A stretch of DNA of 34,274 nucleotides from Miltoncostaeaceae bacterium (GTDB lineage: Bacteria > Actinomycetota > Thermoleophilia > Miltoncostaeales > Miltoncostaeaceae): NCBI GenBank assembly GCA_035259345.1, contig DATFWK010000097.1, positions 1-34,274 of the forward strand, written 5' to 3'. The notes below the pieces were generated by a model that ran no database searches, was not told where the DNA came from, and was given only the letters and a program-made list of their open reading frames with translations. Made by a program: the position numbers and the translations under genes. Below, piece after piece: positions 14,665 to 23,297 of this stretch (the first letter of the stretch is position 1; each line of letters begins with the position of its first letter).

Positions 14665-15426
14665 ATGCGCCTGACGCTCGTCCGCAACGCGACGCTCCTC
14701 GTCGAGACGGCGGGGCGTCGGCTCCTGGTCGACCCGCTGCTCTCGGACGCCGGCGCCTACCCGCCCATCGCCGGCACGGCCAATCCGCGGCCGAACCCGC
14801 TCGTGCCGCTGCCGGTGTCCGTCGAGGCGGTCCTGGAGGGGGTGGACGCGGTCCTGGTCACCCACCTCCACAACGACCACTTCGACCGGGTGGCGCAGGC
14901 GACGCTTCCCCGGGACCTCCCGCTCCTCTGCCAGCCCGCTGATACCCCTCACCTGACGGCGCTCGGCTTCGCCGACGTGCGCCCGGTCGACGAGATGGTG
15001 CGCTTGGACGGCGTCGAGGTGCGCCGCACCGGCGGACGCCACGGCCTCGGCGAGGTCGGCGAGGCGCTCGGGCCGGTCTCCGGGTTCGTCGTCACGGCGC
15101 CGGGGGAGCCGGTGCTCTACGTGGCCGGGGACACGATCTGGTGCGAGGAGGTCGAGGCGGCGATCGCCGCCCACCGGCCGGACGCGATCGTCGTGAACGC
15201 CGGCGACGCCGCGTTCCTCGAGGGCGGGCCGATCATCATGGGCGCCGACGACGTGGCGGCCACCTGCGCCGCGGCGCCGGGCAGCACGGTCGTCGCGGTC
15301 CACATGGAGGCGCTGAACCACTGCTTCCTCTCCCGGTCCGAGCTGCGCGCCCGCGGCCTGCCCGTGCTCGTGCCGGAGGACGGCGAGACGATCGCGCTCG
15401 AGGCTGCCGCGGGGCCGCCCGCATGA
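14665..15426 (+). CDS. MBL-fold metallo-hydrolase (Lactamase_B_2/3, UlaG-like)
   Basis: MRLTLVRNATLLVETAGRRLLVDP and VTHLHNDHFD (HxHxDH). The TGA overlaps the ATG of the downstream aldehyde dehydrogenase (ATGA at 15423-15426). Confidence 0.8.
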   Translation: MRLTLVRNATLLVETAGRRLLVDPLLSDAGAYPPIAGTANPRPNPLVPLPVSVEAVLEGVDAVLVTHLHNDHFDRVAQATLPRDLPLLCQPADTPHLTALGFADVRPVDEMVRLDGVEVRRTGGRHGLGEVGEALGPVSGFVVTAPGEPVLYVAGDTIWCEEVEAAIAAHRPDAIVVNAGDAAFLEGGPIIMGADDVAATCAAAPGSTVVAVHMEALNHCFLSRSELRARGLPVLVPEDGETIALEAAAGPPA

Positions 15427-16991
15427 GCGTGGCGACGGCGCGGCGGGTGACGTCGCTGGTGGACGGGCGGCCGTTCACCGAGCACGTCGACCGCGTCGTC
15501 GCCTCCCGCAACCCGGCCGACCTCGACGACGTCGTGGCCGAGGTGGCCCTCGGCACGCCGGAGGCCCTCGTCGCCGCCTGCCGGGCCGCCCGCCGGGCCC
15601 AGGCCGCTTGGGGCGCGACCCCTCCCCCCCGCCGCGCGCGGGCGATCCAGCAGGCCGGACGGCTGGTCGAGGCCAACAAGGAGGCCCTCGCGCGCCTCCT
15701 CACGCGCGAGATCGGCAAGCCGTTCACGGAGTCGCTCGGCGAGGTGCAGGAGATCATCGACCAGTGCGACTTCTTCGTCGGCGAGGGCCGCAGGCTCTAC
15801 GGGCAAACCGTGCCAAGCGAGATGCCCGACAAGCAGCTCTTCACCTTCCGCGTCCCCGTCGGCGTCTCCCTGATCGTCACGGCGGGGAACTTCCCGGTCG
15901 CCGTGCCCTCGTGGTACCTGGTGCCGGCGCTCGTCTGCGGCAACACGGTGGTCTGGAAGCCGGCCGAGTACACCCCCGCGCTCGCCGACGCGCTCGCATC
16001 GCTCTTCCTGCGCGCGGGCCTGCCGGAGGGCGTGCTCCACGTGGTCCACGCGGACGGTCCCACGACCTTCGAGGGCCTGCGCCGCGGGCTCGACGAGGGG
16101 CTCGTGGACAAGGTCGGCTTCACCGGGTCGACGGCTGTCGGCGAGCGGATCGGCGAGCTCTGCGGGCGCCACCTGCAGAGCCCCTGCCTCGAGCTCGGCG
16201 GCAAGAACCCGCTCGTCGTCATGCCGGACGCGGACATCGGCCTCGCGGTCGAGGGGGCGGTGTTCTCGGGCTTCGCCTTTGCCGGCCAGCGCTGCACCTC
16301 CCTCGGCACCGTGTTCGCCCACGAGGACGTCCACGACGCCTTCCTCGCGCGGTTCGCCGATGCGGTGGCCGGGGCCGCGATCGGCGATCCGACGAAGGAC
16401 GTCCTGTTCGGCCCGCTGATGAGCGAGCGCTTCCTCGAGCGCTTCCTCGAGTGGCTCGAGCTGATCCGCCCGCACCACACCGTGCACGGATCGACCGGCA
16501 CCGGGCGCATCACGGCGGAGAATCCGCGGGCCGGCTTCGTCGGCGACCCGGAGCGCGGCCTGTTCGTGCACCCGACGATCGTGGACGGCGTCCGCCCGGA
16601 GGACGCGCTCTACTCCATCGAGACGTTCGGGCCGCTCGTCGGGGTCGGGACGTTCCGGACGCTGGACGAGGCGATCGAGCTGGCCAACGGCCACGGCTAC
16701 GGCCTCTCGTCGGCGATCTACACCGACACCCCGGCCTGGGCGCTGCGCTTCCGCCAGGGCGTCTCCGCGGGGATGCTCTCGGTGAACAACTCGACGGCGG
16801 GCGCCGAGTCGCATCTGCCCTTCGGGGGGAACGGGCGCTCCGGCAACGGCGGCCGCCAGTCCGGCGTCTGGGTTCTTGACCAGTTCACGCGCTGGCAGGC
16901 CATGAACTGGGACTACGCCGGCCACCTCCAGCGCGCCCAGATCGACATCGAGGACGTGCCCGCGGACCTGGCGTTCCGGCTGCCGGACTAG
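15423..16991 (+). CDS. NAD(P)-dependent aldehyde dehydrogenase (ALDH7/antiquitin-like by motif)
   Basis: GEVQEIIDQCDFFVGEGRRLYGQTVPSE, TAGNFPVAV, FTGSTAVG, catalytic Glu in LELGGKNP and Cys in FAGQRCTS, and C-terminal PFGGNGRSGNGGRQSG. The start at ATG 15423 is coupled to the upstream gene. The track start at 15141 lies inside the MBL gene. Confidence 0.88.
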   Translation: MSVATARRVTSLVDGRPFTEHVDRVVASRNPADLDDVVAEVALGTPEALVAACRAARRAQAAWGATPPPRRARAIQQAGRLVEANKEALARLLTREIGKPFTESLGEVQEIIDQCDFFVGEGRRLYGQTVPSEMPDKQLFTFRVPVGVSLIVTAGNFPVAVPSWYLVPALVCGNTVVWKPAEYTPALADALASLFLRAGLPEGVLHVVHADGPTTFEGLRRGLDEGLVDKVGFTGSTAVGERIGELCGRHLQSPCLELGGKNPLVVMPDADIGLAVEGAVFSGFAFAGQRCTSLGTVFAHEDVHDAFLARFADAVAGAAIGDPTKDVLFGPLMSERFLERFLEWLELIRPHHTVHGSTGTGRITAENPRAGFVGDPERGLFVHPTIVDGVRPEDALYSIETFGPLVGVGTFRTLDEAIELANGHGYGLSSAIYTDTPAWALRFRQGVSAGMLSVNNSTAGAESHLPFGGNGRSGNGGRQSGVWVLDQFTRWQAMNWDYAGHLQRAQIDIEDVPADLAFRLPD

Positions 16992-17039
16992 GGTCGACGC
17001 GCGAGGAGGGGCGCTTCGCGGCCGCGGCCCACCGTGTCC

Positions 17040-17639
17040 CTAGATGATCGAGCCGGCGACGACGATCAGCCAGGTGATCGCGGCGGCGTAGTGCGTGCGC
17101 TCGATCAGCCCGAACGCCGCTCGGCGGAGCGGCGCGATCACGATCGCGGTCCCGGTGGCGATCGCCGTCGCCGTCACGACCCAGCCGAGCGGGCCGAGCG
17201 CAGCGGGCTTGCCCGTCCAGTCGATGTGCGAGGCCGAGACCGCGATCGAGGCGAACGCCGTCCCGGCGAGGAGGAGATGGATGCGGCCGGTCCGCGTCAG
17301 CTTTCGCATGCTCTCCGGCTCGCGATCGGTCATGAACTGCGAGATGAGGAGCCGGACGGCGCCGTAGGTGTACAGCCAGCCGAGTGAGTTGGCATCCGTC
17401 TCCTGTCCCAGGCCCACGGCGATGAGGATCGCCCCGACGCCCTGCAGGACGACCATCGTGCGGTAGCCCAGGTGGTACCGGGTCCAGCCGTAGTCGCTGA
17501 CGGCGTACCTGATCGGATTGAGCCCGGTCGGCAGGAAGTGGAGCGAGATGAGGATGGCGGCGGAGGCGGCCACGCAGATCAGGCCAATCAGGGCGTAAAC
17601 GATGCGGCACTCTATCCCAGGGGCGAAATCCCGCTCCAC
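17040..17639 (-). CDS. Polytopic membrane protein, DUF998-like
   Basis: About six hydrophobic helices (ALIGLICVAASAAILISLHFL, MVVLQGVGAILIAVGLG, IHLLLAGTAFASIAV, LGWVVTATAIATGTAIVIA, AAAITWLIVVAGSII) and an AVSDYG motif. GTG 17639 is chosen because the upstream part of the track ORF is Ala/Ser/Arg-rich non-membrane sequence. Confidence 0.55.
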   Translation of the reverse strand: MERDFAPGIECRIVYALIGLICVAASAAILISLHFLPTGLNPIRYAVSDYGWTRYHLGYRTMVVLQGVGAILIAVGLGQETDANSLGWLYTYGAVRLLISQFMTDREPESMRKLTRTGRIHLLLAGTAFASIAVSASHIDWTGKPAALGPLGWVVTATAIATGTAIVIAPLRRAAFGLIERTHYAAAITWLIVVAGSII

Positions 17640-17658
17640 CAGCGGGATTCCAGGCCTG

Positions 17659-19035
17659 ATGTACGATGCGGGGATGAGTTCCGGCACCGCGTCGGCGTTC
17701 GACTGGACCACCCACCCGGAGGCCGAGGCGCTCGTCCGGGACGCGCTCGAGGACGCGTGCCGGCGGAGCCCGGCGCTCGCGGCCTTCGCCGAGCGGCTCG
17801 CCGCCGCGACCTCCACTCACCTCCTCGACTGGGCGGACCACCTGGCCGCTCCGGTCCCTGAAGGCGACCTGGCGGCCGCCGGCTTCGTCCCGTCGGAGGC
17901 ACCGGGCGGCCCCTGGCGCCACCCCGGCGCCCAGCTGCCCGCAGTCGTCCCGTGCTCGAGGACGGACGCCGTGGCCGTGCGGGTCGACGACGCTGCCGCC
18001 TTCGCCGCGGTCCAGGCCGCGCGCGGGCCGGTGCTCGGCGCGCCGCTCTCCGAGCTGCGGCTGGTCGATGTGTTCGAGGACCGCGGGGTGCGCCTCGTCG
18101 GCGCGGAGCGGCGCTCGTGGTCGGGCGGCGTCGAGCCCGCCGCCCGCTCGGCCGTCGAGGTCGCCGCCTCCGTCGAGGCGCGCGACTGGTGGGCCCGGCG
18201 CGACCGGCACGCGGAGGGCGCCGAGGGCATGGGCCGCGCCGTCGAGGCTGCTGCGCGCATGGTGGGCCTGGTCGGCACGGACCTCGCGACGGCGTATGCG
18301 ATGGAGGGCGAGCGCGGGTACTGGCAGCGGCGGAACCGCGCCGGGCAGCTCCAGCACGCGCGCCAGGAGCGGGTGGGCATGGGATGGGGCAACCAGGACC
18401 ACCACACCTTCCGCAGCTCGCGCGCCGCCTTCGCCGAGCTGATGGCGTTCTTCCGCACGCTCGGCTTCGCCGCCCGGGAGCGCTTCTACGCCGGCGAGGA
18501 GGCCGGCTGGGGCGCGCAGGTGCTCGAGCAGCCGGGCGCCGGGGTGGTCGTGTTCGCCGACGTGGACCTCGACCCGGCGGAGCACGACCTCGACTTCGCG
18601 GCCGCCCCGCTGCCGCCGTCCGAGCGCATGAGCACGGTCGGCGTCTGGTGCGCGCTCCATGGGGAGTCGCTGCTCGCCGCGGGCATGCACCACCTCGAGG
18701 GGCAGTTCGACTTCGACCGCCTCCAGGACGACCTCGGCCGCGACGGCGTGGGCTTCATGGCGCCCTTCTCCGACATGGCGCACCTGCGCCAGTGCTTCAC
18801 CCAGGCCGAGATGTGGCCGGTCGAGCCGGCCCGGGTGGAGGCGCTCGTGGCCGCGGGTCATCTCGCCGCCGACCGGGCCGAGGCGTTCCTGCAGGGCGGG
18901 GCGCCGGGCAGCCATCTCGAGAACCTGGCCCGGGGCGGCGGTTTCAAGGGCTTCAACCAGCACAACGTGTCGAAGACCATGCGCGCGACGGACCCCCGCC
19001 GTTACCGCGCGCCCGCGCCGGCGGGCGCGTCGTAG
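17659..19035 (+). CDS. Conserved-looking protein of unknown function (about 455 aa); C-terminal half possibly a VOC/DUF1338-like metalloenzyme fold
   Basis: Codon bias is good throughout. His/Glu-containing motifs are WGNQDHHTFRSSRAAFAELMAFFRTLGF, AAGMHHLEGQFDF and GSHLENLARGGGFKGFNQHNV. The resemblance to DUF1338/YdcJ-type motifs is only at motif level and from memory. Start uncertain (ATG 17602, 17659 or 17674). Confidence 0.5.
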   Translation: MYDAGMSSGTASAFDWTTHPEAEALVRDALEDACRRSPALAAFAERLAAATSTHLLDWADHLAAPVPEGDLAAAGFVPSEAPGGPWRHPGAQLPAVVPCSRTDAVAVRVDDAAAFAAVQAARGPVLGAPLSELRLVDVFEDRGVRLVGAERRSWSGGVEPAARSAVEVAASVEARDWWARRDRHAEGAEGMGRAVEAAARMVGLVGTDLATAYAMEGERGYWQRRNRAGQLQHARQERVGMGWGNQDHHTFRSSRAAFAELMAFFRTLGFAARERFYAGEEAGWGAQVLEQPGAGVVVFADVDLDPAEHDLDFAAAPLPPSERMSTVGVWCALHGESLLAAGMHHLEGQFDFDRLQDDLGRDGVGFMAPFSDMAHLRQCFTQAEMWPVEPARVEALVAAGHLAADRAEAFLQGGAPGSHLENLARGGGFKGFNQHNVSKTMRATDPRRYRAPAPAGAS

Positions 19036-19104
19036 GCTCCGCGCACCCGCCGCCAGCGCCCGCCGCCGGGGCCGTCCGGCCGCCGGATTCGCCTGACGGA
19101 CGCG

Positions 19105-21648
19105 ATGCAGTACCCTAACCGGGATGGCGCGCCGTCTCCGCCGCCGGCGCCACCTCTCGCGAAGGAGCCGTCGGACGTGACCCTCTTGGAGCAGCCGACC
19201 AGGGGCGACCAGCCCGAGCAGCCTGAGCCCCGCCAGCTCAAGGCGCCGATGTTCGCCGACGACGCCCGTCAGCTCGCAGAGCAGTGGCGGGTGCTCACCC
19301 GCCTCGCGACCGGCGTCGCGATCCTCACCGCGCCGTTCTTCTTCCTGCTCCTGTACCAGGTCGGCGGATGGACGCTCGCGGCAGCGATCTTCGTGACGCT
19401 ACTGGCCGTGGTCATGTTCCGCGGCCTCGTCGAGGTGCTCACGCGGAAGTTCATCCCCTACCCGAGCCTGTTCGGCGACGAGGGACGGCTGCGCGAGGAG
19501 GACCTGATCTCGCGGCGCCGCGCGTGGTTCTGGCGGCGGGTCTTCAAGTTCATCATCACGATCGCGGTCCTCTACTCCGCGTTTGCGCTGCTCATCTGGG
19601 TCGTGAAGGCGTTCGGCGGTGGCATCTCGATCGGCGACGCGTTCGCGGCCCCGGTCAACTGGATGCAGGACCAGGCCAACGACCCGAACTCCCGGTACCA
19701 GTTCATCTACCTGGCGATCTCGCTGCCGATCCTGTTCTTCGTCAACTTCTTCATCTTCATGGGCCCGCTGCTCTACGCGGGTATCCGCCAGATCTCGGCG
19801 TTCGAGCCGGGTGACGCCGACTGGGGCGTGCGCCTGGACGACGTGCGCGGCCAGGCGGAGCCGAAGGAGGAGATCCGCCGCATCGTCAACCTCTGGCAGT
19901 CCGGCGACGACTTCGAGCGCGCCGGCGGAAAGCGGGAGCGCGGCGTGCTCTTCCTGGGCCCGCCCGGCACCGGCAAGACCATGCTCGCGAAGGCGATCGC
20001 GACCGGCTTCAACTGCCCGTTCGTCTCGATCCCAGGCTCGGCCTTCGCGCAGACCTTCATCGGCATCGACGTCGTGCTGGTGATGTACATGGCGTGGCGC
20101 GCCCGGCGCCTGGCCACCAAGTGGGGCGGCCAGTGCATCGTTTTCATCGACGAGATCGACGCCGTCGGCATGCGCCGGCAGGCGCTCGCGGACGGGCTGG
20201 GGATGAGCCCCGCCGTGGTCCCGACGATCCACGACTACTGCTTCTACGGACCCTACGGCGCGATCAACCCCACGGGCGACCTCATCCTCGAGGACGAGGC
20301 CTGGCGCAACCGCCTGTTCGCGGCTCGTGCGCCCGAGCGGCGCGCGGTCTATCCGGCGCCCATCCAGCGCTTCTCGGACAAGGTCCGCGGCTACGCGATG
20401 CCCGGGATGATGGGCGGCGGCGGCCAGGGCGGCCTCCAGCAGCTGCTCGTGGTGATGGACGGCGTCACGACGCCGAAGGCCTCGCGCCGCTTCTTCACGA
20501 ACCGGATGAACACCTGGATGGACGCCTCGTACATCGTCCCCCAGCGGATCGGGGCTCTGCGGCTGCGGCTGCCGCCGGCCCCGGCGCGGACCGAGCAGAT
20601 CTACTTCATCGGGGCCTGCAACGTGCCGCTCGAGGTGCTCGACCCGGCGCTCACGCGTCCCGGCCGGATGGGGCGCCACGTGCGCTTCCGCACTCCGAAC
20701 AAGGACGACCGCCAGGACATCTTCGACCTCTATCTCGGCAAGGTCATGCACGACCCGGAGCTTGACCGCCCGGAGAAGCGCGAGGAGCTCGCCCGCATCA
20801 CGATGGGCCACTCGCCGGCGATGATCGAGCAGGTCTGCTCGATGGCCCTGACCGTCGCCCACCACGAGGGGCGCGAGCGCTTCGACTGGCAGGACCTGGT
20901 CGACGCGATCACCACGGTCGAGGCCGGCATCGACACCGGCTTCAAGTACATCCCGGAGGAGGGTCGCGCGATCGCGATCCACGAGGCCGGGCACGCGGTC
21001 ACCGGCCACGTCTTCCAGAAGGGCCGCATCTCCACCCGCCTCACGATCCGCCCGCGGGGCAGCTCCGGCGGCCATCACGCCATGGGCGAGAAGGACGAGC
21101 GCTTCGCGCACTGGCGCCACGAGATGTTCGCCAACCTCATCTGGAGCCTCGGGGCGATGGCGGCCGAGAAGGTCTTCTACGGCGAGAACTCGACCGGCGT
21201 CGGCGGCGACCTCTCCAGCGCGACCGCGGTGGCCGGCCTGATGGTCGGCAGCTGGGGCATGGCGCCGGAGGTGCCGGACCTCGGCGACCGCTTCGAGAGC
21301 GAGGCCGAGCGCGAGAAGGCCGAGCGCAGGCTGATGCGGAAGTTCGAGAAGGTGGGCACCCAGCTCATGGCGCGCGCCTCCGTCGGCGCGGCGAGCACGG
21401 GCGACCCGCTCGGCGCGGTGCTCGGCGACCCGACCAAGCGGGCCATGATCGCCCAGCTGCTCGGCCAGTCCTTCTGCGCCGCGTACTGGCTCATCGAGGG
21501 CAACCGCGAGGGGGTCGAGCGCGTGGCCGACGTGCTGATCGAGAAGCGCGAGCTCTTCGGCGACGAAGTGGTCAATCTCCTCGACAGCCTCAACCTCCGC
21601 ATCCCGGAGGTCGATCCTCTTGACGAGTCCCGATGGCCGAAGGTCTGA
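19105..21648 (+). CDS. Atypical FtsH-like membrane AAA+ ATPase / M41 zinc metalloprotease (847 aa)
   Basis: Four predicted N-terminal TM helices. Walker A GPPGTGKT (19957-19980), Walker B IVFIDEIDAVG, LDPALTRPGRMGRH (arginine-finger region), HEAGH (20980-20994) and a downstream GVGGDLSSAT. There are large insertions after Walker B and before sensor 1. Confidence 0.8.
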   Translation: MQYPNRDGAPSPPPAPPLAKEPSDVTLLEQPTRGDQPEQPEPRQLKAPMFADDARQLAEQWRVLTRLATGVAILTAPFFFLLLYQVGGWTLAAAIFVTLLAVVMFRGLVEVLTRKFIPYPSLFGDEGRLREEDLISRRRAWFWRRVFKFIITIAVLYSAFALLIWVVKAFGGGISIGDAFAAPVNWMQDQANDPNSRYQFIYLAISLPILFFVNFFIFMGPLLYAGIRQISAFEPGDADWGVRLDDVRGQAEPKEEIRRIVNLWQSGDDFERAGGKRERGVLFLGPPGTGKTMLAKAIATGFNCPFVSIPGSAFAQTFIGIDVVLVMYMAWRARRLATKWGGQCIVFIDEIDAVGMRRQALADGLGMSPAVVPTIHDYCFYGPYGAINPTGDLILEDEAWRNRLFAARAPERRAVYPAPIQRFSDKVRGYAMPGMMGGGGQGGLQQLLVVMDGVTTPKASRRFFTNRMNTWMDASYIVPQRIGALRLRLPPAPARTEQIYFIGACNVPLEVLDPALTRPGRMGRHVRFRTPNKDDRQDIFDLYLGKVMHDPELDRPEKREELARITMGHSPAMIEQVCSMALTVAHHEGRERFDWQDLVDAITTVEAGIDTGFKYIPEEGRAIAIHEAGHAVTGHVFQKGRISTRLTIRPRGSSGGHHAMGEKDERFAHWRHEMFANLIWSLGAMAAEKVFYGENSTGVGGDLSSATAVAGLMVGSWGMAPEVPDLGDRFESEAEREKAERRLMRKFEKVGTQLMARASVGAASTGDPLGAVLGDPTKRAMIAQLLGQSFCAAYWLIEGNREGVERVADVLIEKRELFGDEVVNLLDSLNLRIPEVDPLDESRWPKV

Positions 21649-22418
21649 TCCCCACGCCCATCCCCGCCGCGCAGGCGGAGGAGCCCACGCCCAAGCGCCG
21701 GCCGCACTGGAAGCGGTTCGTCGCCGTGTTCGTCGGGCTCGGCGTGGTGCTGGGCGCGGCGGCCATCGGCATCGTCTTCTCGGCGATGAACGACCGCCCC
21801 GGCGCCTGGTCGAGCTGGCGGCCGACCTCGAGCGACCCGCTGCAGCGCGCGCACGAGATCGCCGACCACGTGGAGGGCCGCTACCAGGACGCCCCCGGAC
21901 AGCGGCTCGCGACCGTCTCGAGCGGCCAGACGCTGAACCCGAGCCTCCCGGCGGCCACGGTCGTCCGGGCCCAGGGCGACAACGGCGTCTTCGACCTCGC
22001 CCTCGACAACAGCCTGTACTTCACGCTCTGCGGCACGGGCGTCGGCTGCTCGATCCCCGGCCCGGACGTCAAGAACGGCCGCCTGCCGGTGCTCGCGCGC
22101 GAGGCGCTCGAGCTGGCCCTCTACAGCTTCAAGTACATCCACGAGGTGGACTCGGTCTTCGTGATCCTGCCGCCGGGCTTCGGGGACAACCAGCAGAGCT
22201 ACTCGACCTACTTCTTCCGCCGCGGCGACCTGAAGGGCCCGCTCTCGCGGCCGCTCTCGCGCACGCTGCCCGGCGGCCCGCCGCTGCCATCCACCCTGCC
22301 CGGCCCGCAGCGCGCACAGATCGCCGCGCTGACCGCAGGCACGCGCTTCCGGCTCGTCGTGACGCCGAGCGAGGACCGCAACTTCACGGTGCTCCTGCTC
22401 ACGCCGATGACGCCCTGA
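21633..22418 (+). CDS. Membrane-anchored protein of unknown function (261 aa), translationally coupled to the FtsH-like gene
   Basis: The ATG 21633 lies 16 nt inside the 3' end of the FtsH-like gene. It has a basic stretch plus one TM helix (KRRPHWKRFVAVFVGLGVVLGAAAIGIVF), then a soluble domain with a Cys pair (LCGTGVGC) and a Pro-rich segment. I recognise no family. Confidence 0.6.
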   Translation: MAEGLIPTPIPAAQAEEPTPKRRPHWKRFVAVFVGLGVVLGAAAIGIVFSAMNDRPGAWSSWRPTSSDPLQRAHEIADHVEGRYQDAPGQRLATVSSGQTLNPSLPAATVVRAQGDNGVFDLALDNSLYFTLCGTGVGCSIPGPDVKNGRLPVLAREALELALYSFKYIHEVDSVFVILPPGFGDNQQSYSTYFFRRGDLKGPLSRPLSRTLPGGPPLPSTLPGPQRAQIAALTAGTRFRLVVTPSEDRNFTVLLLTPMTP

Positions 22419-22431
22419 GCGGGGCGCCCGG

Positions 22432-22950
22432 CTACTCGGCGGGGGCGGACCCCCCGCCGTCGGCCGCGCCCTTGCGGCTGACGTAGGCCTCGACGAGCAG
22501 CAGGTTCGCCTCCCCGGCGCGCTGGACGACGCGGAGGAGCTCGGACATGGTCGCGACCTCCTCGACCTGCTCGGTGACGAACCACTGCAGGAAGGCCTCG
22601 GTGGCGTAGTCGCTGCCGGTGCGGGCCATGCGCACCAGGTCGTCGATCTGCCGGGTGACCTGGAGCTCCCAGTCGAGGGCCGAGCCGACGACCTCCTCGG
22701 AGCTCTCGAAGTCCGCCTTCGGAGCCTCCAGCGCCGGGATGACGACGCGAGCGCCCGCGTCCTGGAGGTAGCGCCAGAACTTCATCGCGTGCACGTGCTC
22801 CTCGGCGGCCTGGCGCTCGAAGAAGCCCGCCAGCTCGGGCAGGCCCTCGGCGTCGAACCACGCGGAGGCCTCGAGGTACTGGACGTGGGCCGAGAGCTCC
22901 CGCCCCATGTGCACGTTCAGCGCGTCGGCCATCTCGGCTGCGACCGGCAT
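22432..22950 (-). CDS. Ferritin (non-haem ferritin-like diiron protein)
   Basis: ALNVHMGRELSAHVQYLEASAWF...FFERQAAEEHVHAMKFWRYLQD...ALDWELQVTRQI...FLQWFVTEQVEEV matches the ferroxidase-centre E, ExxH, E and QxxE pattern. ATG 22950 has GGGAGG 8 nt upstream. The track start at GTG 22959 abuts the SD. Confidence 0.85.
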   Translation of the reverse strand: MPVAAEMADALNVHMGRELSAHVQYLEASAWFDAEGLPELAGFFERQAAEEHVHAMKFWRYLQDAGARVVIPALEAPKADFESSEEVVGSALDWELQVTRQIDDLVRMARTGSDYATEAFLQWFVTEQVEEVATMSELLRVVQRAGEANLLLVEAYVSRKGAADGGGSAPAE

Positions 22951-22984
22951 CCTGCTCACCTCCCTCGGCGTGGGCGCCGTGAGT

Positions 22985-23236
22985 CTACTTCAGGCCCTGC
23001 TGCCGATCCCGCTCGGCCCGCCGGGCGCGCTCCGCGCGGCTCGCCATCACGACGAGCGCGGTTACCACCCCGCCCCAGAAGATCCCGTACGAGATGACCA
23101 GCGCCACCGGCAGGTCGAAGAGTGCGAGGTGCAGGAGGGCGAGCACCACCGCGGCCGGCGGGAAGACGATCGCCGCCTGGACCTGTGCCGGCAGGGCCTC
23201 CCACCGGCGGACCAGCGACCCGTGCTCCTCGTCCAT
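22985..23236 (-). CDS. Small membrane protein (83 aa, 2 TM), function unknown
   Basis: MDEEHGSLVRRWEALPAQVQAAIVFPPAAVVLALLHLALFDLPVALVISYGIFWGGVVTALVVMASRAERARRAERDRQQGLK. Start at ATG 23236. It lies immediately upstream of ferritin on the same strand. The 156-aa track ORF is an extension. Confidence 0.5.
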   Translation of the reverse strand: MDEEHGSLVRRWEALPAQVQAAIVFPPAAVVLALLHLALFDLPVALVISYGIFWGGVVTALVVMASRAERARRAERDRQQGLK

Positions 23237-23297
23237 GGGCCAAGGATAGGACAGGGCCGCCTTTACCCAGCCCGGCTGGCGACCGATAGGAGAATGA

